From positions 1-64,000 of the forward strand of contig QPMI01000246.1 in the NCBI GenBank assembly GCA_004431415.1: DNA of 64,000 nt. Direction: 5' to 3'. The position numbers and the translations under genes are program-made. Each line of letters opens with the position of its first letter. Position 1 is the stretch's first letter. The stretch is from Cyanophora paradoxa CCMP329. Taxonomy: Eukaryota; Plantae; Glaucophyta. The notes under the pieces are model-generated. The model made no database searches, was not told the origin of the DNA, and worked only from the letters and a program-made list of their open reading frames with translations. This document shows positions 50,085-62,919 of this stretch, one piece after another.

Positions 50085-50354
50085 CACAGCTCGTTTTTTT
50101 TACCGGTCGACCCAAGTTCACCCATCGGTTAAAATTGTCGGCTGAAAACCGGTTAAATTATATAGCTAATCTAGTATACTAGCTCTTCGAAATGAAACCG
50201 GGCGCTAGCACTAATCTACCCGGTAGCTTGCCGGCTACACGCTGACGTTGGCGAACTAGCCGGCTCGAAGCGGGTGAAAAGTTATCGTGATCGCCGGCTG
50301 CCCTTGCCCATACAACGGGCATGTCGAGTCGATTGGGGAAAAAAACGAGCTGTG
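50085..50354. mobile_element. Second full CACAG-TIR MITE copy, in opposite orientation to 15162-15403
   Basis: CACAGCTCGTTTTTTT...AAAAAAACGAGCTGTG ends; internal GGGTGAAAAGTTATCG.GATCGCCGGCT.CCCTTGCCCATA matches the first copy. Confidence 0.88.
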
Positions 50355-50635
50355 CTGTAACGTCTGTACCCAGCTAGCAAGGGGGGGGGTACGGGGGGGC
50401 GGAGCCCCCCCTGCTTGTACTATGGTACTGGTACTACGGTCTACGGTACCTGGTACTAGTACTCACTGAGTCAGTGCTACTCAGTGCCTGCCAGTGGCTG
50501 CCACTGCCTGGCACAGGCTGGCACTGCCTGGCAGTCAGTGGCAGATGGATATTCTACCGGTATGCATATGGTACAAGCAGGGGGGCTCCGCCCCCCCCCG
50601 CACCCCCCCCGCTTGCTAGCTGGCCCGGATATGCA

Positions 50636-50855
50636 TATGGGCAAGGGTAGCCGGCGATCGCGATAACTTTTCACCCGCCGGGCCGATGCACGCCGGCTAG
50701 TCGCGCTGCAGCCTGCAGGACGTTACGTTGTAGCCGGCAAGCTACCGGGTATAATGCACTAGCTTGCGCCGGGGAATTCCGAATACCCGAGGGGAATTTA
50801 ACGAAACCGGATATATTCGGCCGTGTCGGGTCGACCGGTAAAAAAACGAGCTGTG
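50636..50855. mobile_element. Third CACAG-TIR MITE copy, truncated at one end
   Basis: TATGGGCAAGGGTAGCCGGCGATCGCGATAACTTTTCACCCG...GGGTCGACCGGTAAAAAAACGAGCTGTG, collinear with 15204-15403. Confidence 0.85.
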
Positions 50856-51874
50856 TAAGCAATTTTGACGTACCCATCCTGAATCATTTAAATTGACCAA
50901 TCACCAAATCGCCCGAGTTTCAGACTGAAGCTTTTTGACTCGATTCGCTGTAGTAAGATGTTGGCATTTTCCGCCAGGGAAAGGGTCCCACGCTGTAGTA
51001 AACGATTGGCATTTCGTGCCAGCGAACGGGTCCCATGGCATTTTCCGCCAGCGAAAGGGTCCCATGGGTACACTAAACCATAGTACTACGCGGGCTGGAA
51101 CCGCTTGTTTTTTTCCTACTCAATAAATGAAAGAGACAAATACACCATTGGGCGATGTTTCCAGTGGCATTTTTTTGCTTCTCCAAGGTCAGACCGGCCG
51201 TAGTTTGCAGGTCACAAACGTCAAATTTGGCACCAAAAGGTAAGTTAGAATATCCTAGTTTCAAAATCCCAGCCTGGCCTGGTAGTGTGGTGAAAAGGTA
51301 CTACAGTTCATTGTACTACTGTTACCGCCGGCCGCGGGCCTGGAAGCCGCTGAGTCGGCGCTGGCTCGCCGGGCGGCGAGTCGGCGCTGAGCGGAGCGCC
51401 GGAGCTCCGGAGGCTGCGGAGCGGCCCGGCGCCGGCGCCGGCGCCGGCCCGGCGGGCCCCCGGCCCCGGCCCAGCGCTAGCGCTACTACCGGTACTACTT
51501 ACTAAGTTAGTAAGTAGGCTAGCGGCGGACACCCGCCGCCGGTGACCGTCGGACAGTCACTGAGTGACCGCCTGCCAGGCTGCCCGGGCGGAGCCTGCGG
51601 CCTGCCAGGCTGGCCTGGCTGGGATCATCGCGATCGGATATCGATCCGCGCTGGAATCACGGGCATCATCGCCGAGTCGTATAATATATATATCACCGTG
51701 GCACATGTACGTATACAGCTGCAGTTTACTGTTTACGTGAGCATCGCGCGCGCATGCGCATGCGGCAGATCTAGATCTAGATACGTATATACTTGGCCTG
51801 AACTCGAAGAAGATCACATCGTTTGGCCTGTAGCTATAGCTATAGCTAGTATACGTATACGCAGCGTCGCAGCC

Positions 51875-54800
51875 ATGAGGAGCAAAGTCTGCGCTCTTGA
51901 GCTTGTATCTAGATCTCTTGTAATCCTCGCCGTGTTAGCGACCGTACTTCCGAGCTGCGACGCCGGGAAACGCGTCCGCGGATTCGTGGACCCTCCTCGG
52001 CACGCAGGCCCTGCAGGCCTGCAGAACGAAGTCGAGGACTTCTACCAGCGAGCCGGCGGCCGTCAGCTTGCGAGCAGCCCTCTGTCAGAGCGCTCCAAGT
52101 CGACTCCTTTCCGTCTCAAGTCATCCCCTCAGGAATCGTCTTCGCTCCCTCTGCCACGTACGTTCAAGAGTACTTTCGACGGCACCGATCCTTCGGGACG
52201 GTGCGCTCGCGATCGCCATCGGAATGCGAATATGCATTAGATAAATGCGTGCATTAAATATAATGTAGTACTCACACGCGCGCACGGACAGGCCGGTGCG
52301 CGCGTCGAGCGAGCTGGAGGGACCCGCTCCGAATTGCATATCTCTGGATGCCCTCTGGCAGGTCTGACCCCGGCCGGGGTCCTGAGCACGCGAGCCTGAG
52401 CTCACGCCGTTGACGTCGCGATCGCCGGCGCCTGTGCATATGCATGCGCACTGCAGGTCGCGTCAGTCGAATGCTCGGCTCAGAGTTCTGCCGATGGACG
52501 CGTGCGCGTTCGGGTGGGGCTGGACGGGGTCGACGCGTCCACATTCGCGGCGCGTCTGGAGCCGCGTGTGACTATCATCCATGGAGGTGCGTGCGCATGC
52601 GCAGTTCATGACGCGAATCTGTGTTTGCATGCACGTGACGTGCGTACTATCTCGGCTCGACAGGACGAGACTGGAAGTGCGCCAAAACGCCGGAGGGAAC
52701 CGACACTTTCTTCACGGTCGTTGTCAGCTCGGTCCGCATTCCAGCGAGCGGCGCCAGCTCGAACATCGTCGAGATCGACGGCAGAGAAGCTAGCCCTTTG
52801 GTGTGTTGCAGTTGCGCGCAGATCTAGACATCCGATCGCTCTTTCTCATTCAGAGTTCCGATTGCGAAGGTCTGCTTCAAGCGGGCCCGGCTCTCACAAG
52901 AGATGGACCTCACAGTCGAGCAAACGGAAAGCGTCCTCCGCAATCGCAATTTGCTCGCGTACTGGAGCACATCAAAGTCTTTGCAAACGGCACAGCCTTT
53001 CACGTTGAAGGACAAAACTATCAAAGAGGAGGGGCCTGTTTCCATCAAGTGCACGTCTTGCTCATTTGCTATTGGGGCGACTTTGTTCTTCGAAATCGAT
53101 GTCTCTCTGGGTGCCCTGACTTGTCGTCTCCGCTTGGCCCTTCCAAGAATATCGATCATGACCCCGCGCTTCTCCCGCAGAGGCACTGCACCTTATCAGG
53201 CTGAAGATAACCGTTCCAATCGAGGGAGACTTCAACTTCGTCTGTTTCTTTTATTCTGCAGATGCTATTCTTTCTTCACACCGGCTCGCATATATGCAGA
53301 CAATGTCGCTGGCGGCAAGTCAGCCCGGCTTCTTGGAAATGGGTATATATATGTGAACGTCTGGCTTAAAAAACTCGCGTTGATGCCTTCAATTGCGGGA
53401 AAAGATTTGGATAAAGAACTCGGAGACGATGTGCCGCTGGCAAGTGTTGGCGGTCTCGACTTGGCCACTATTGGGCTCAAGAAAGTGCACCGGGGGATCC
53501 TCTGGATGTCTACGGACTTTGCGCTGGATCTTCACTTTCGCTTCCAATTCAAAACGCAGTTGCAATTCTTGGCTGAATACGTGCGCGGCTCCGGCGCCAG
53601 GGTGAGTTTTCTGCAGCTGCTTTTAGATACGCAGAACTATATAGCTACAGCGTCCTTTCAACTCATCGACATCTGCATGCGCAGTTTGACTTCAGCACTG
53701 GAAATGACGGATTTATCAAAACCAATTTCGTCCCGCAACTGAAAAGACCTATGTCCTGTACGGGTTTTCTTGTCTACACTATGATTATTGAATGCAGGTA
53801 CCAGCGAAAATATTAATAAATTCATGCAGACGGAAAGTTCTTCATTGGCACGGGCCCTCACTGGTCCGCTTCTATCTTCGTGGGAGCGAAAACGCGGTCC
53901 GGTTTCAGTTTTCTGGATGACTGGCTGCTGCGGGCGGGCTTCGAACTCAAATGGGAGACTGGCCGGTACAAAGGGAACACGTACGCCCTGCAGTACTTCG
54001 GGGGAGAAGAAGAGAAGTCTGCTGCTGTCGTCGACGAGGACCCGCATCTTCTGCTCGAGCACTATGAAGCTGAGTTCCGCAAGAACGTGTTTTCTCTTGA
54101 AACGTTTTTCAGCGTCTTGTCCGGACCTCAGGCGGTGAGAACAGGCGCTGTCGCATTTGCGCGTTCGCCTCTGATCATGACATGCATATGCATGATGCAG
54201 AAAGTCGACAAATCTGACTTTGTGTCCGACGCCAAAAGCGAAGGCCGACCCTATGCGAGCCTCAAGATCCCTGGTGAGAGCTCTGGGGCCCTATATAGCT
54301 AGAAAGTTCCGCACTGCAGCTCACACCAAGCTAATTAAGCTTCTCGCACGTGTACAGGACCCCGATTCCCGAGCAAACAGATACCTTCTGAAATCGTTTT
54401 GGATCTCGAGGACAAGGCGACGCGAACCTTGAATCTTGAAGGACAAATGGGCGGCTCCGAATTCTTCATTTTTGGGCGGACCCTCTTCTGTACAGCCGCG
54501 CAGCTGGCTGCGACCACAAACGCGATTGTGAACACCCCAGTTGGGGACATTTTTTGCAAGCTGAACCTCTCCGCGACTGTCTACACTCTCTCCTCCGCGC
54601 CAGGAAGCCGCCGTACACTAGACGGTTTGGACGTCAAGATCTCCCGGGTTGAGGAGGCCGCCCAGAGCGCTAACGTCCAAGATCTCATGAACGCGCTCGA
54701 TGGAGTGGCGAAGTTCAAGGTGGAGATCGCTCCAAAGGTCAAGGCCCCAACTTCCTCTGGAATCTACCGGGTCTTTTTGTGCGCGAGAGACATGCTTATT

Positions 54801-57800
54801 ATGCGCAACTGCCGAAGCACTCTCGTCAAAATCGGAAAAGGTGCCACTCCTGCCCCCGTCGCCGAATTCGAAGCCCCCCTGCCCCGACGTCGCCCCAGCT
54901 GAGTTTCGCCGTCTTCTCAATGTGCGCTCGCAGCTCCTACGCTCTCGGTAATCCAGGCAGGAGATGGCTACGCGGACCGCCTCATTTTAGCATTTATCAG
55001 TGCCACCGTCGACTCGGCGACCGGGTCCTTCGAACAAGTGAAGTGAGCGATTTGAAATCTGCTAATTATACAAATTAGCCCGTGCTGTTGAGCTCATTTG
55101 CTATCCGCTCCCGCATTAAGAGTAAAGACGACGGGCGCACCCGGCCTTGTAGCATACCGAACGATCTCCGACGGAGTTGTCGTGCTGGCCCTAGCTCCTT
55201 CAACTTCTAGCGGTTCAAGATCGATCACCGTCTCCGTCACAGATTCCATGGGGCTGAATACCTCGCTGTCGGTTCCCTTCAACGTGATGCCGGGTCTGCA
55301 TTCCGATATATAGCAATCACGCGCCAGCGAAATCGATTCCTCACCTTCCCCCATCGGGCAGCACTTGCAATTGGAGCGATGCCGAGTGAGAGCTGCAGCT
55401 GGTTTAACGCGCACCGACTGTCGGATTATGACAAACACGAATTCAAGACAGAGATTGCGCTGCAACCCGGAATGCAATGTGTTTGGTGTGCTGCGGTCTT
55501 GTTCACACATTCGGCTTAAAGCTTAGATTGCGTTGGTGTGCTGCAAACTTTCGGGGAAAGACATGACTGGCAAATCCGCGAACAGGCAGTTCCTGGCGGC
55601 TAATTCTTCTCGGATGATGATTCGAATTGAGTTTGCTCCAGATTCAGCGTCTAGCTGCCCTTCCAAAGAGCGGAACGTTACTGTGCGCACGTGCACTCGC
55701 CGCTACATAGCTGCCATACATTTCCGCGCAACCTTGTCATGATCAATCGCAGATTTACGATGGAATCTCACCTCGAAGTCCGATTCGATCTGCAGGCGGG
55801 CTCGATCACGATCTGACTTCATCCGGTTCGGGGGCGTTCGTCATTTTGCAGACAAAGGCAGGATGCGCCTCTGGCACGGTGACAATGACCGTTCGGCGTC
55901 GTGCGTCGCTCTGTGTCTTGTCGGCATTCAGCGCGATCTCCGCTAATCTGTGATTCTTCCGCGGTTGGCTCTAGTCTGCTCCATTGGAAAGACTACAGCA
56001 TGGTCAATTGCAAGCTCTCATGCAATTCTATCCGATGGAAGTGGAGAATGGTCTTTGCCATCAGGCCGCGACTTAGATACATCGTACTCGGAATTCAAGT
56101 GCAACTGGTTCATCAAACCCCCGGGGACCGGAAGGATTATTGCGGTTGCAAAAGAATTCGATATTGGCGCGCGCGTCCATCTGTTTTCTTTTTTCGTCTT
56201 CTCGCTTTAGCATCATTCTCTAATCTTTTCGCTTTGAGCTTACATGCGATTGCCGTTTACAGGAAGCGGATTATTCGAAGTCAGTCAAAATCCTCGCTGG
56301 GAACGCCAGGAGATCTACAAGGTATGGAAAGAGTGCTGCAGCACATCTTGGATTTCTCTCGAGTGGTGTTTTTGGCCTGTTGGAGAAGTGACTAAGTGCG
56401 CCGAGCCTGTGTACGGATATGTTTATACAAAGGACGTTTTGTTCAAGTCATCAAACCGGGATCTTTCTCTGGACACACCGAAGCACTTGACCGTTGCGAA
56501 CGCTGGTTACATGATTGAATACACTCCTTCCAAGTTTTCCCGCACTCCCGGGTTTGCTGTAGAATACACACAAGGTTTGTGTTTTGTACTGATATATATT
56601 ATTTGCATTGTAATTCTGATATATGATATATATTATTTGCATTGTAATTTTGATGTGATTGCTGATTCGGATGCACTTGCAACGGGGACTCCGGAACAGT
56701 TTGTGACGGGTGGCGAACAGTGCGAGATCCTCTCGAGTTTACGATCTCCGACGGGGCCAGAGGTTACGCGTATCCGTCCACGATGAATTGCGGCTGGTGC
56801 GAACTTTAAATTAGTGGAGCTCGAGCTAGAGCCCGTGAAAGTTTCTAAATAAATTCTTAAAGACGTTCGGATTCGCGCAGGACGGTGCTGAGACCTGACA
56901 AGAGCTCAACGCAGCCAGTGATGCTTTACTTTGATGCGCTGAATCTTCCTTGGGGAGCAGCGCTTTCCCTCTACGACGCCGAATGTGGAGTCGTGACCAA
57001 ACAAGAAACGGGACGCGTGGTTGGCATCGAGAACCCGATGCTGCAGGCATCTTGGAAGATCGGAGAATATTTCTACGGCAGTCAGGCGAACATCACCATG
57101 GCCAGGTCTCTCTGAGTTTCAAATCAGATAAACATCATTTTTGGTTGCTCATGATCCACCACCGGATTCAGCTTGAACAAAACTCCTCCGAAGGCATACA
57201 AGTGTCTTGTCGCCAAGCTCGTCTATAATTCAAATTCTCGAATTCGTACCCGTGATTTGCTGCAAAGCTCTCCAGTGGATTCAACTTTACGATCGGGCTT
57301 CGAGTTCACCATGTATCAGGGTGCGAATTGCTCGTTTATTTTTCTTCGCGTTGAACTGACGCGTACAGTTTTAGTTTGCAGTGGCCACAAAGATGTACTC
57401 CTCTCACGTAAGTGATTGCGCCGACCTTCCCACGTGGAATTCCGAGCACGACTGGCTTGCTGTGCAGATGGAGAGATCTCCGACGGCTCTGGCCCTCTAT
57501 CCTACAGCGGACAGACAACATGCACCTGGAAGATCTCTGGCCCAGGGATGGGGATCATGAGTTTGACAATTGTATCGCTTTCGTTATCCGGCCAGGACAC
57601 CCTGATCATTCGCGACGGCGGCAACACGTTCTCCCGGGTCATGAAGACATTCACGTCAGCTGATGAAGGAACCCTGCCTGACACTGCGACGCCGTTGAAT
57701 GCCACAGGTGCTGTTTGTTGCAGACGCGGGTTCCGACTTCTCATGAACTTTGATTTGTCGCCAGGCACTGAAATATTTGTCGAATTTAAGAGCTCCGGTG

Positions 57801-60800
57801 TCGGATCAGCCGAAGGGTTCAGAGCGCGCTTCGCCCAAGGTGAGGTCTAAAGAGTGGTAGCTTTAATCATCACATAAGGCGTGCACGTGCTTACTCGTCA
57901 TATGCAGCCAACGCCAAGCCATTTTGCGAATCGCTTTTCGACGTACCCAAAACCGCCTCTGGTTTTATTGAGGACGGGTCGGGGACTGGACTGTACTACC
58001 CCAATACGTTCTGCAGATGGCAAGTGCCCGGCCCATGCCACTTGCACCTGAACTCGGGCGTTGTTACGTTTACTGACCTCGAACTGTTCCGAATTCAGGA
58101 TTATCCGCAAGAATTCGCCAGGCTATCTATGGCTCAAATTTGTGGACGCCGATCTCGCTGAAGGAGACAATATTATGGTCTTTGATCGTGCGTCCGTTTT
58201 TCGCAGTTCTTGGTCTCATGATCAGTTGGTCGTGATCAATAAATCGATCCTGCGAACTTTTTCGCAGTCCCAGACTCTAGCGATTGGGACGCACCCGGCA
58301 ATGATGAAGAGCTCCTGGTTGACGCGTCTTTCTACCGTAACACCACGCAACAAGAGCCGGTCATCGGTTCGAAAGGCGCCCTTCTCGTCGTATTCGATGC
58401 CACGAAGTCCGTCATGAAAAGACCGACGCACCGAGGCTTCAACGCGACCTTCGAAACACGTCCGGTGATTTTAAGCGGTATTCCGAGCGAGAATAATACC
58501 CCCTCCAGGTCAATACTGCAGCGGCGTCCAACGCGTGATTATCGAGGGCTCCGGATCCGGGGGACTTACTCTAACGGACAAGGGCATCGTTTCTGCCATC
58601 GAAAGTCGGCTCCTCGAAGATTTCTACTTACCCAATTCGAACTGCACTTGGTGCGCTGTACATGGCAATCGGGTACATGGACTCGGTCTGATCATGATGC
58701 ATGCACGTTATAAATAGGATCATTCAAGCTGGAGCGAGTAGCATGGTTTCGCTGACCTTGAAGTTGGACTCGGATTCTATCCGTCTCGAAAGCGGGGACA
58801 GCGTGTCTATCTACGATGGAGCTGGCCATGGCATCAATGGAGCGCGTCTCCTGACATTCGGATCACGCGCACAGCTTCAAGACGATCAGATGTTGAACGA
58901 CATTGCGGCACAGCAAAAGCTAATTAATACAGATGCGAATACATTTGAGTATTCAAACGCCACCGGTACCGTGAAAGTTGTGTCGAGTACCAGCTTCTTG
59001 ACGGTCGTTTTCCAATCCGATGGCGAGCGAGAGAACAGAGGATTCGCTGGCTTTGTTTTGACCGAAAGTGTGTTTACGCTCAACTTATCATGACCATGAA
59101 GCCTCGCAAAGCGAGTAGCGCTAGCTTTCTGACTCGAGTTCCTGCGCTTGCAGAGCCAATGGATGCGCCGAAATGCAGACCTTCGTCCACGATCACTGCT
59201 CTATCTTCAACGATCAACGATGGTTCTGGTGCTGAAATGTACTCCCCAAGATCAGACTGCAGCTGGTGCGGGGAAATAATCTTATTAATGTCATCTAAAT
59301 GGATTCCATCTCATTCTGGAATCTATTCGCATGCGCATTTGCAGGCTCATAAAACCCGATACTCCGCCCGGATCTCGCTTGGGGACGATCTCAGCCATCT
59401 TCTCTTCGTTCGAGTTGTCGGCGTCGAAATCTTCTACCGACAACGTCTGCCTCTACAGCTCGACAGACCCGACGGCTGCGGGAGTCTGTTACAGTTCGAG
59501 GATTCCGCCGAGGATGGACACTCCTTATCTCAGCACCACGGGGCTCATCCTGGTCCGCTTCCGCTCGGGTGATGGATACTCCAGCAGGGGCCCGGGCTTC
59601 GAGTTGAAGTACGACACGGATGTGAATCACTGCAAGCAAGAGACTCGCATATCATTGTCAAAGTCCCAGACCGCGGTTCTACAGAGCAACACCATAAACG
59701 GAATATTTAGCTATCTTCCTTCAGCGGAATGCCAGTGGTGCGTGAGTGATGCGGTTCAAGAGAAGCTGATAATTATATAAGTAAATGTAATTGCGCGCAT
59801 TTCTTAGGATTATTTCGGTCGACCGAGGATCCGTCCTTCGTATCAACATGACGCGACTATTCACGGAGTCCCTTGTAGACAATGTGACTGTGCGTTCGCC
59901 GATGCGCGATTGTGGTTTAAAGCTTAAGCTTCCGGATCCGATCGCGCCAACCACGAGCAGATGACTGAGACACTCTCTGCCGCCATGGCACCAGTCGCAA
60001 ACGGTACCGCTCGAAAACTGTCGGCAACTGCGGCCGTGCAGACCACAATTAATCTAGACGCAAAGAGTGGCGTCCTACTTGAACCATTTACCGTCGTCGC
60101 TCGCGGCGGAGATGTATCCGTGCGGTTCAAATCCGATTCGCGTGTACAGGGGTACGGGTGGACTGCCCAGGTCACCGCCGGTAAGCTTGTCCCATTGATG
60201 TCGCCGTTGGGTTCGAGTTCGCTGCCTTCGATCCTGAATTCCAACCTGGCGCAGTTTCCCCGCCTGTGGATCGTTTATCGCTGATGGACCTTGTCCGAGT
60301 GCCATCAACCTCCATCGTTCTTCGAACCCGCATTAATGCCGAATTCACTTCCTGGACAGATTCAAGTGCGTTTGGAATGTATACGTATTTTCTGGGATAC
60401 CATTTCGCTAAATATAAAATGCATTCGCAGATTCGGAGCAGGCCCGACAGGACATCGCAACCAGCGGGGGCGTCGGGGCTTCTCGCGTCCGCAATATGGG
60501 GGTCGAGAAAGGAAGCGTCGTGCTCATTTCAGAAATAGCGGAAGGGACAACTGGGCAGCTCACTCCTGAAGCGGCAGCTATTCGGCTACAAAAAACTGCG
60601 GCCGAAGGGCTCCTTCTAATAGCAGGTTTCCGTGTGCTGTCCCTTGATTTCGAGAGAGGAACAGGCAACGAAGGTCCGAGGAGTGCAGAGGGCAGTGCTG
60701 CTGTGGCTGAGCTGCGCGTTCCTGTCGCAGGCACGATCGATGTGAGCCGCGCCGAATTCTTCGGGACGTCGACGTCGACGTCGACGTCGACGCCGACATC

Positions 60801-61242
60801 GCAGCCCCGGGGCGTCGATCCCCAGCCGACCTCGAGCGGTTCGAGCAGCTCGAACATCGCTGCGATCGTCGGAGGCTCCGTGGGCGGCGCGGCGGTGGCG
60901 GCGGTGATCCTCGTCGCCCTCGTCGTCTTCATTCGCCGCCGCCGCGACCAAGCGACGGGCGCAACGAGCTCGAGGGAGCACGCGTCGGGCCCGGAGGCGC
61001 CGGTGCAGGTCCAGAGCGGGGCCATGCCAGCGGCTCATGATCAGCTGCAGCCGCCTCCGCCTGCCCATGTACGCATGGAGGAGGTGGTGATCGCGGAGGA
61101 ACCGCATGCGCAGCTTCCAGCTAACGCTGCTTCTAATATTCGAATTCATGCGGCCAATATTAATGGCCAGGCCGCGAACGTTAACGTCACGCCTGCTCGA
61201 GCTCCCGATGTAGCCCAAATTGCGACACTGGAGCTCGCGTAA
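51875..61242 (+). CDS. Large type I membrane protein: signal peptide, unknown beta-rich N-terminal region, Ig/cadherin-like repeat, about 8 CUB domains, SEA-like domain, Thr/Ser stalk, TM helix, tail (could be two genes)
   Basis: CUB signatures ILSDGSG..KCNWFI, EISDGSG..YSGQTTCTWKI..GFRARF, FIEDGSG..YYPNTFCRWII..RGFNATF, YLPNSNCTWII..VSIYDG..VVFQSDG..RGF, INDGSG..YSPRSDCSWLI..VRFRSG..GFELKY, YLPSAECQWII..VRFKSD..GWTAQV; ITVSVTDSMG; GSVV at 60511; TM IAAIVGGSVGGAAVAAVILVALVVFIRRRR. Confidence 0.8.
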
Positions 61243-62296
61243 ATCCAGCAATCAATTAAATCTTCGAATTCGAGCGCACGACCTATTTTGATTCCGTATG
61301 TATATATGCGTTTAATTTCGATTTCGCTTCTCAATTCGATCCGATTTAATTTAGAGTTTTCGTTTCGAAGCAGCATATATCTATAGATCTGGCTTGTCAC
61401 AGTGTTTTCGAACGGAACATATATGATGTACAGCGTGAATAGTCGTAACTATAATGCACATCGACATCTGGCGAGTGAGAGGGCAGCTGTAGCCGAGGAC
61501 GTTTGAATATATGAATATTCTCCAGATGCAATTAGCCTTTAGCTAGAGGTGTATCTTCAGATGTTAGTAAGTATTACGGAGATGGGCTCTTCAGGGGTCA
61601 GGCGGCTTGCAGCATGCAGTTGGCCATGGGCTGTGCGTGGCGTCGGCGGCGGGGGTGGGGTGCGCAGAGTGCACGGTTGCATTTGGAGCAGGCGTCGAGG
61701 AGGAAGTCGATTCGGCGACAGGCAAATACATCCCAGGGGTCAGTATGACTGCGAATCTGGACACCGAATTCTCAGCATGGAACGCAAGCCAAGAGAACGT
61801 GTGGGCATCTGGAAAGTAATAAAAACCGGAGACAGGCCAGTAAACGGGCCTGACGACCGGTACAGTCCCATCAGGGTGTCCGTTACAGGCAGCAGGGTAG
61901 CCTCGCGAAGGGGTCGATCAGCAAAGGCCGCCACGCCTGTTGCAGTAACGTTTTCGTTGCTGCAGAATTCGAATGAACCCGGTTCGCCAATCCGCGCAGC
62001 AGCGGTGCTCGATACCGACCAATGCAATGTGCAAGCAGGTATGTGTCCGACTGAGGCGGCGGCACTTCTGAAGAGCCGGTCTGCACTTCTGAATTCTGAA
62101 GATCACGGGCCTGCAGCAGAAATCCTTCATTTACGCCGGTGTGCATGCTTGCGTGCACTCTGTGTTAATTCATGATCATTTGTAATAACTCACAATCGAG
62201 GGGCAGGTGTGGTCATGATCACGAGCCCCGGCGGAGGCAACACCAACGCCAACGAACACGCGTGCGCCATCTGGAAAACTCGCTGCGACGCAGTCA

Positions 62297-62773
62297 TTGC
62301 CTGGGAACAGGAGCACGGCATCACGTCAGGCAAAAAGCGCACTAAGCGGGCCAACACCGACGCCCGCTCAGGCCTCGGCCATGCCGGCCCCGGCACCAAT
62401 ATTAATTCCTCTCAACCCGACTACCCGATGCCCCTCGCTCGACCGTCCACAAGTCACGGTCACGGAGTACATCGGCGGGGCAGCTCCCGCCCTGGAAGCC
62501 GAGTTGGCGGCGCTCACTTGGAGGAAACCGGCAAAGGCACCCGGTCAGCACCCAGCTCAGCAGCAGGACAGCCAGCCCCCCCGCCGCAGCGCCCGCCTCC
62601 GCGAAATAGAAGCGCGACGCCCTCGCTGCGACACCTGCAGGGCAAGCTTTGCCTCCACCCGCCTGTGCCTACGTCACCTGGCCACGGGCCTCTGCTTCGA
62701 TGCCGTGCCAGGCTCACTGCTAGAGGACCGGCGCATATTATGTTCTGGAGGTGACTCGGTAGACTACAGCTAA
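62297..62773 (+). other. Coding-like fragment with a C2HC zinc-finger motif; gene model unresolved
   Basis: CDTCRASFASTRLCLRHLATGLC is C-x2-C-x12-H-x5-C with the conserved F, preceded by PPRRSARL. Confidence 0.35.
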
Positions 62774-62919
62774 AGCACCAGCTCGACACGACTAGTAGCT
62801 GTAGCACTCTTGTCATATATCTCCTCCTGCAGTCAGCATCAGCATCCCAGTATCCGGTAGGCGAGGAGCGGGGGACTGTTGTCAAGTGTGTACGAATGCA
62901 TGCGCAGCAGACTTTCCAA

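Larger units (their letters stand above)
49597..51325. repeat. About 1.73-kb nested imperfect palindrome (foldback-like)
   Basis: 49597-49993 is the reverse complement of about 50855-51325. The MITE copies are in opposite orientation. 50371-50424 pairs with 50565-50622. Central spacer about 50425-50565. Confidence 0.9.

Noticed and set aside
62297-62773. TnpB/Fanzor or transposase zinc ribbon
   Set aside because: The spacing is C2HC finger-like, and no RuvC or DDE motifs or element ends are visible.
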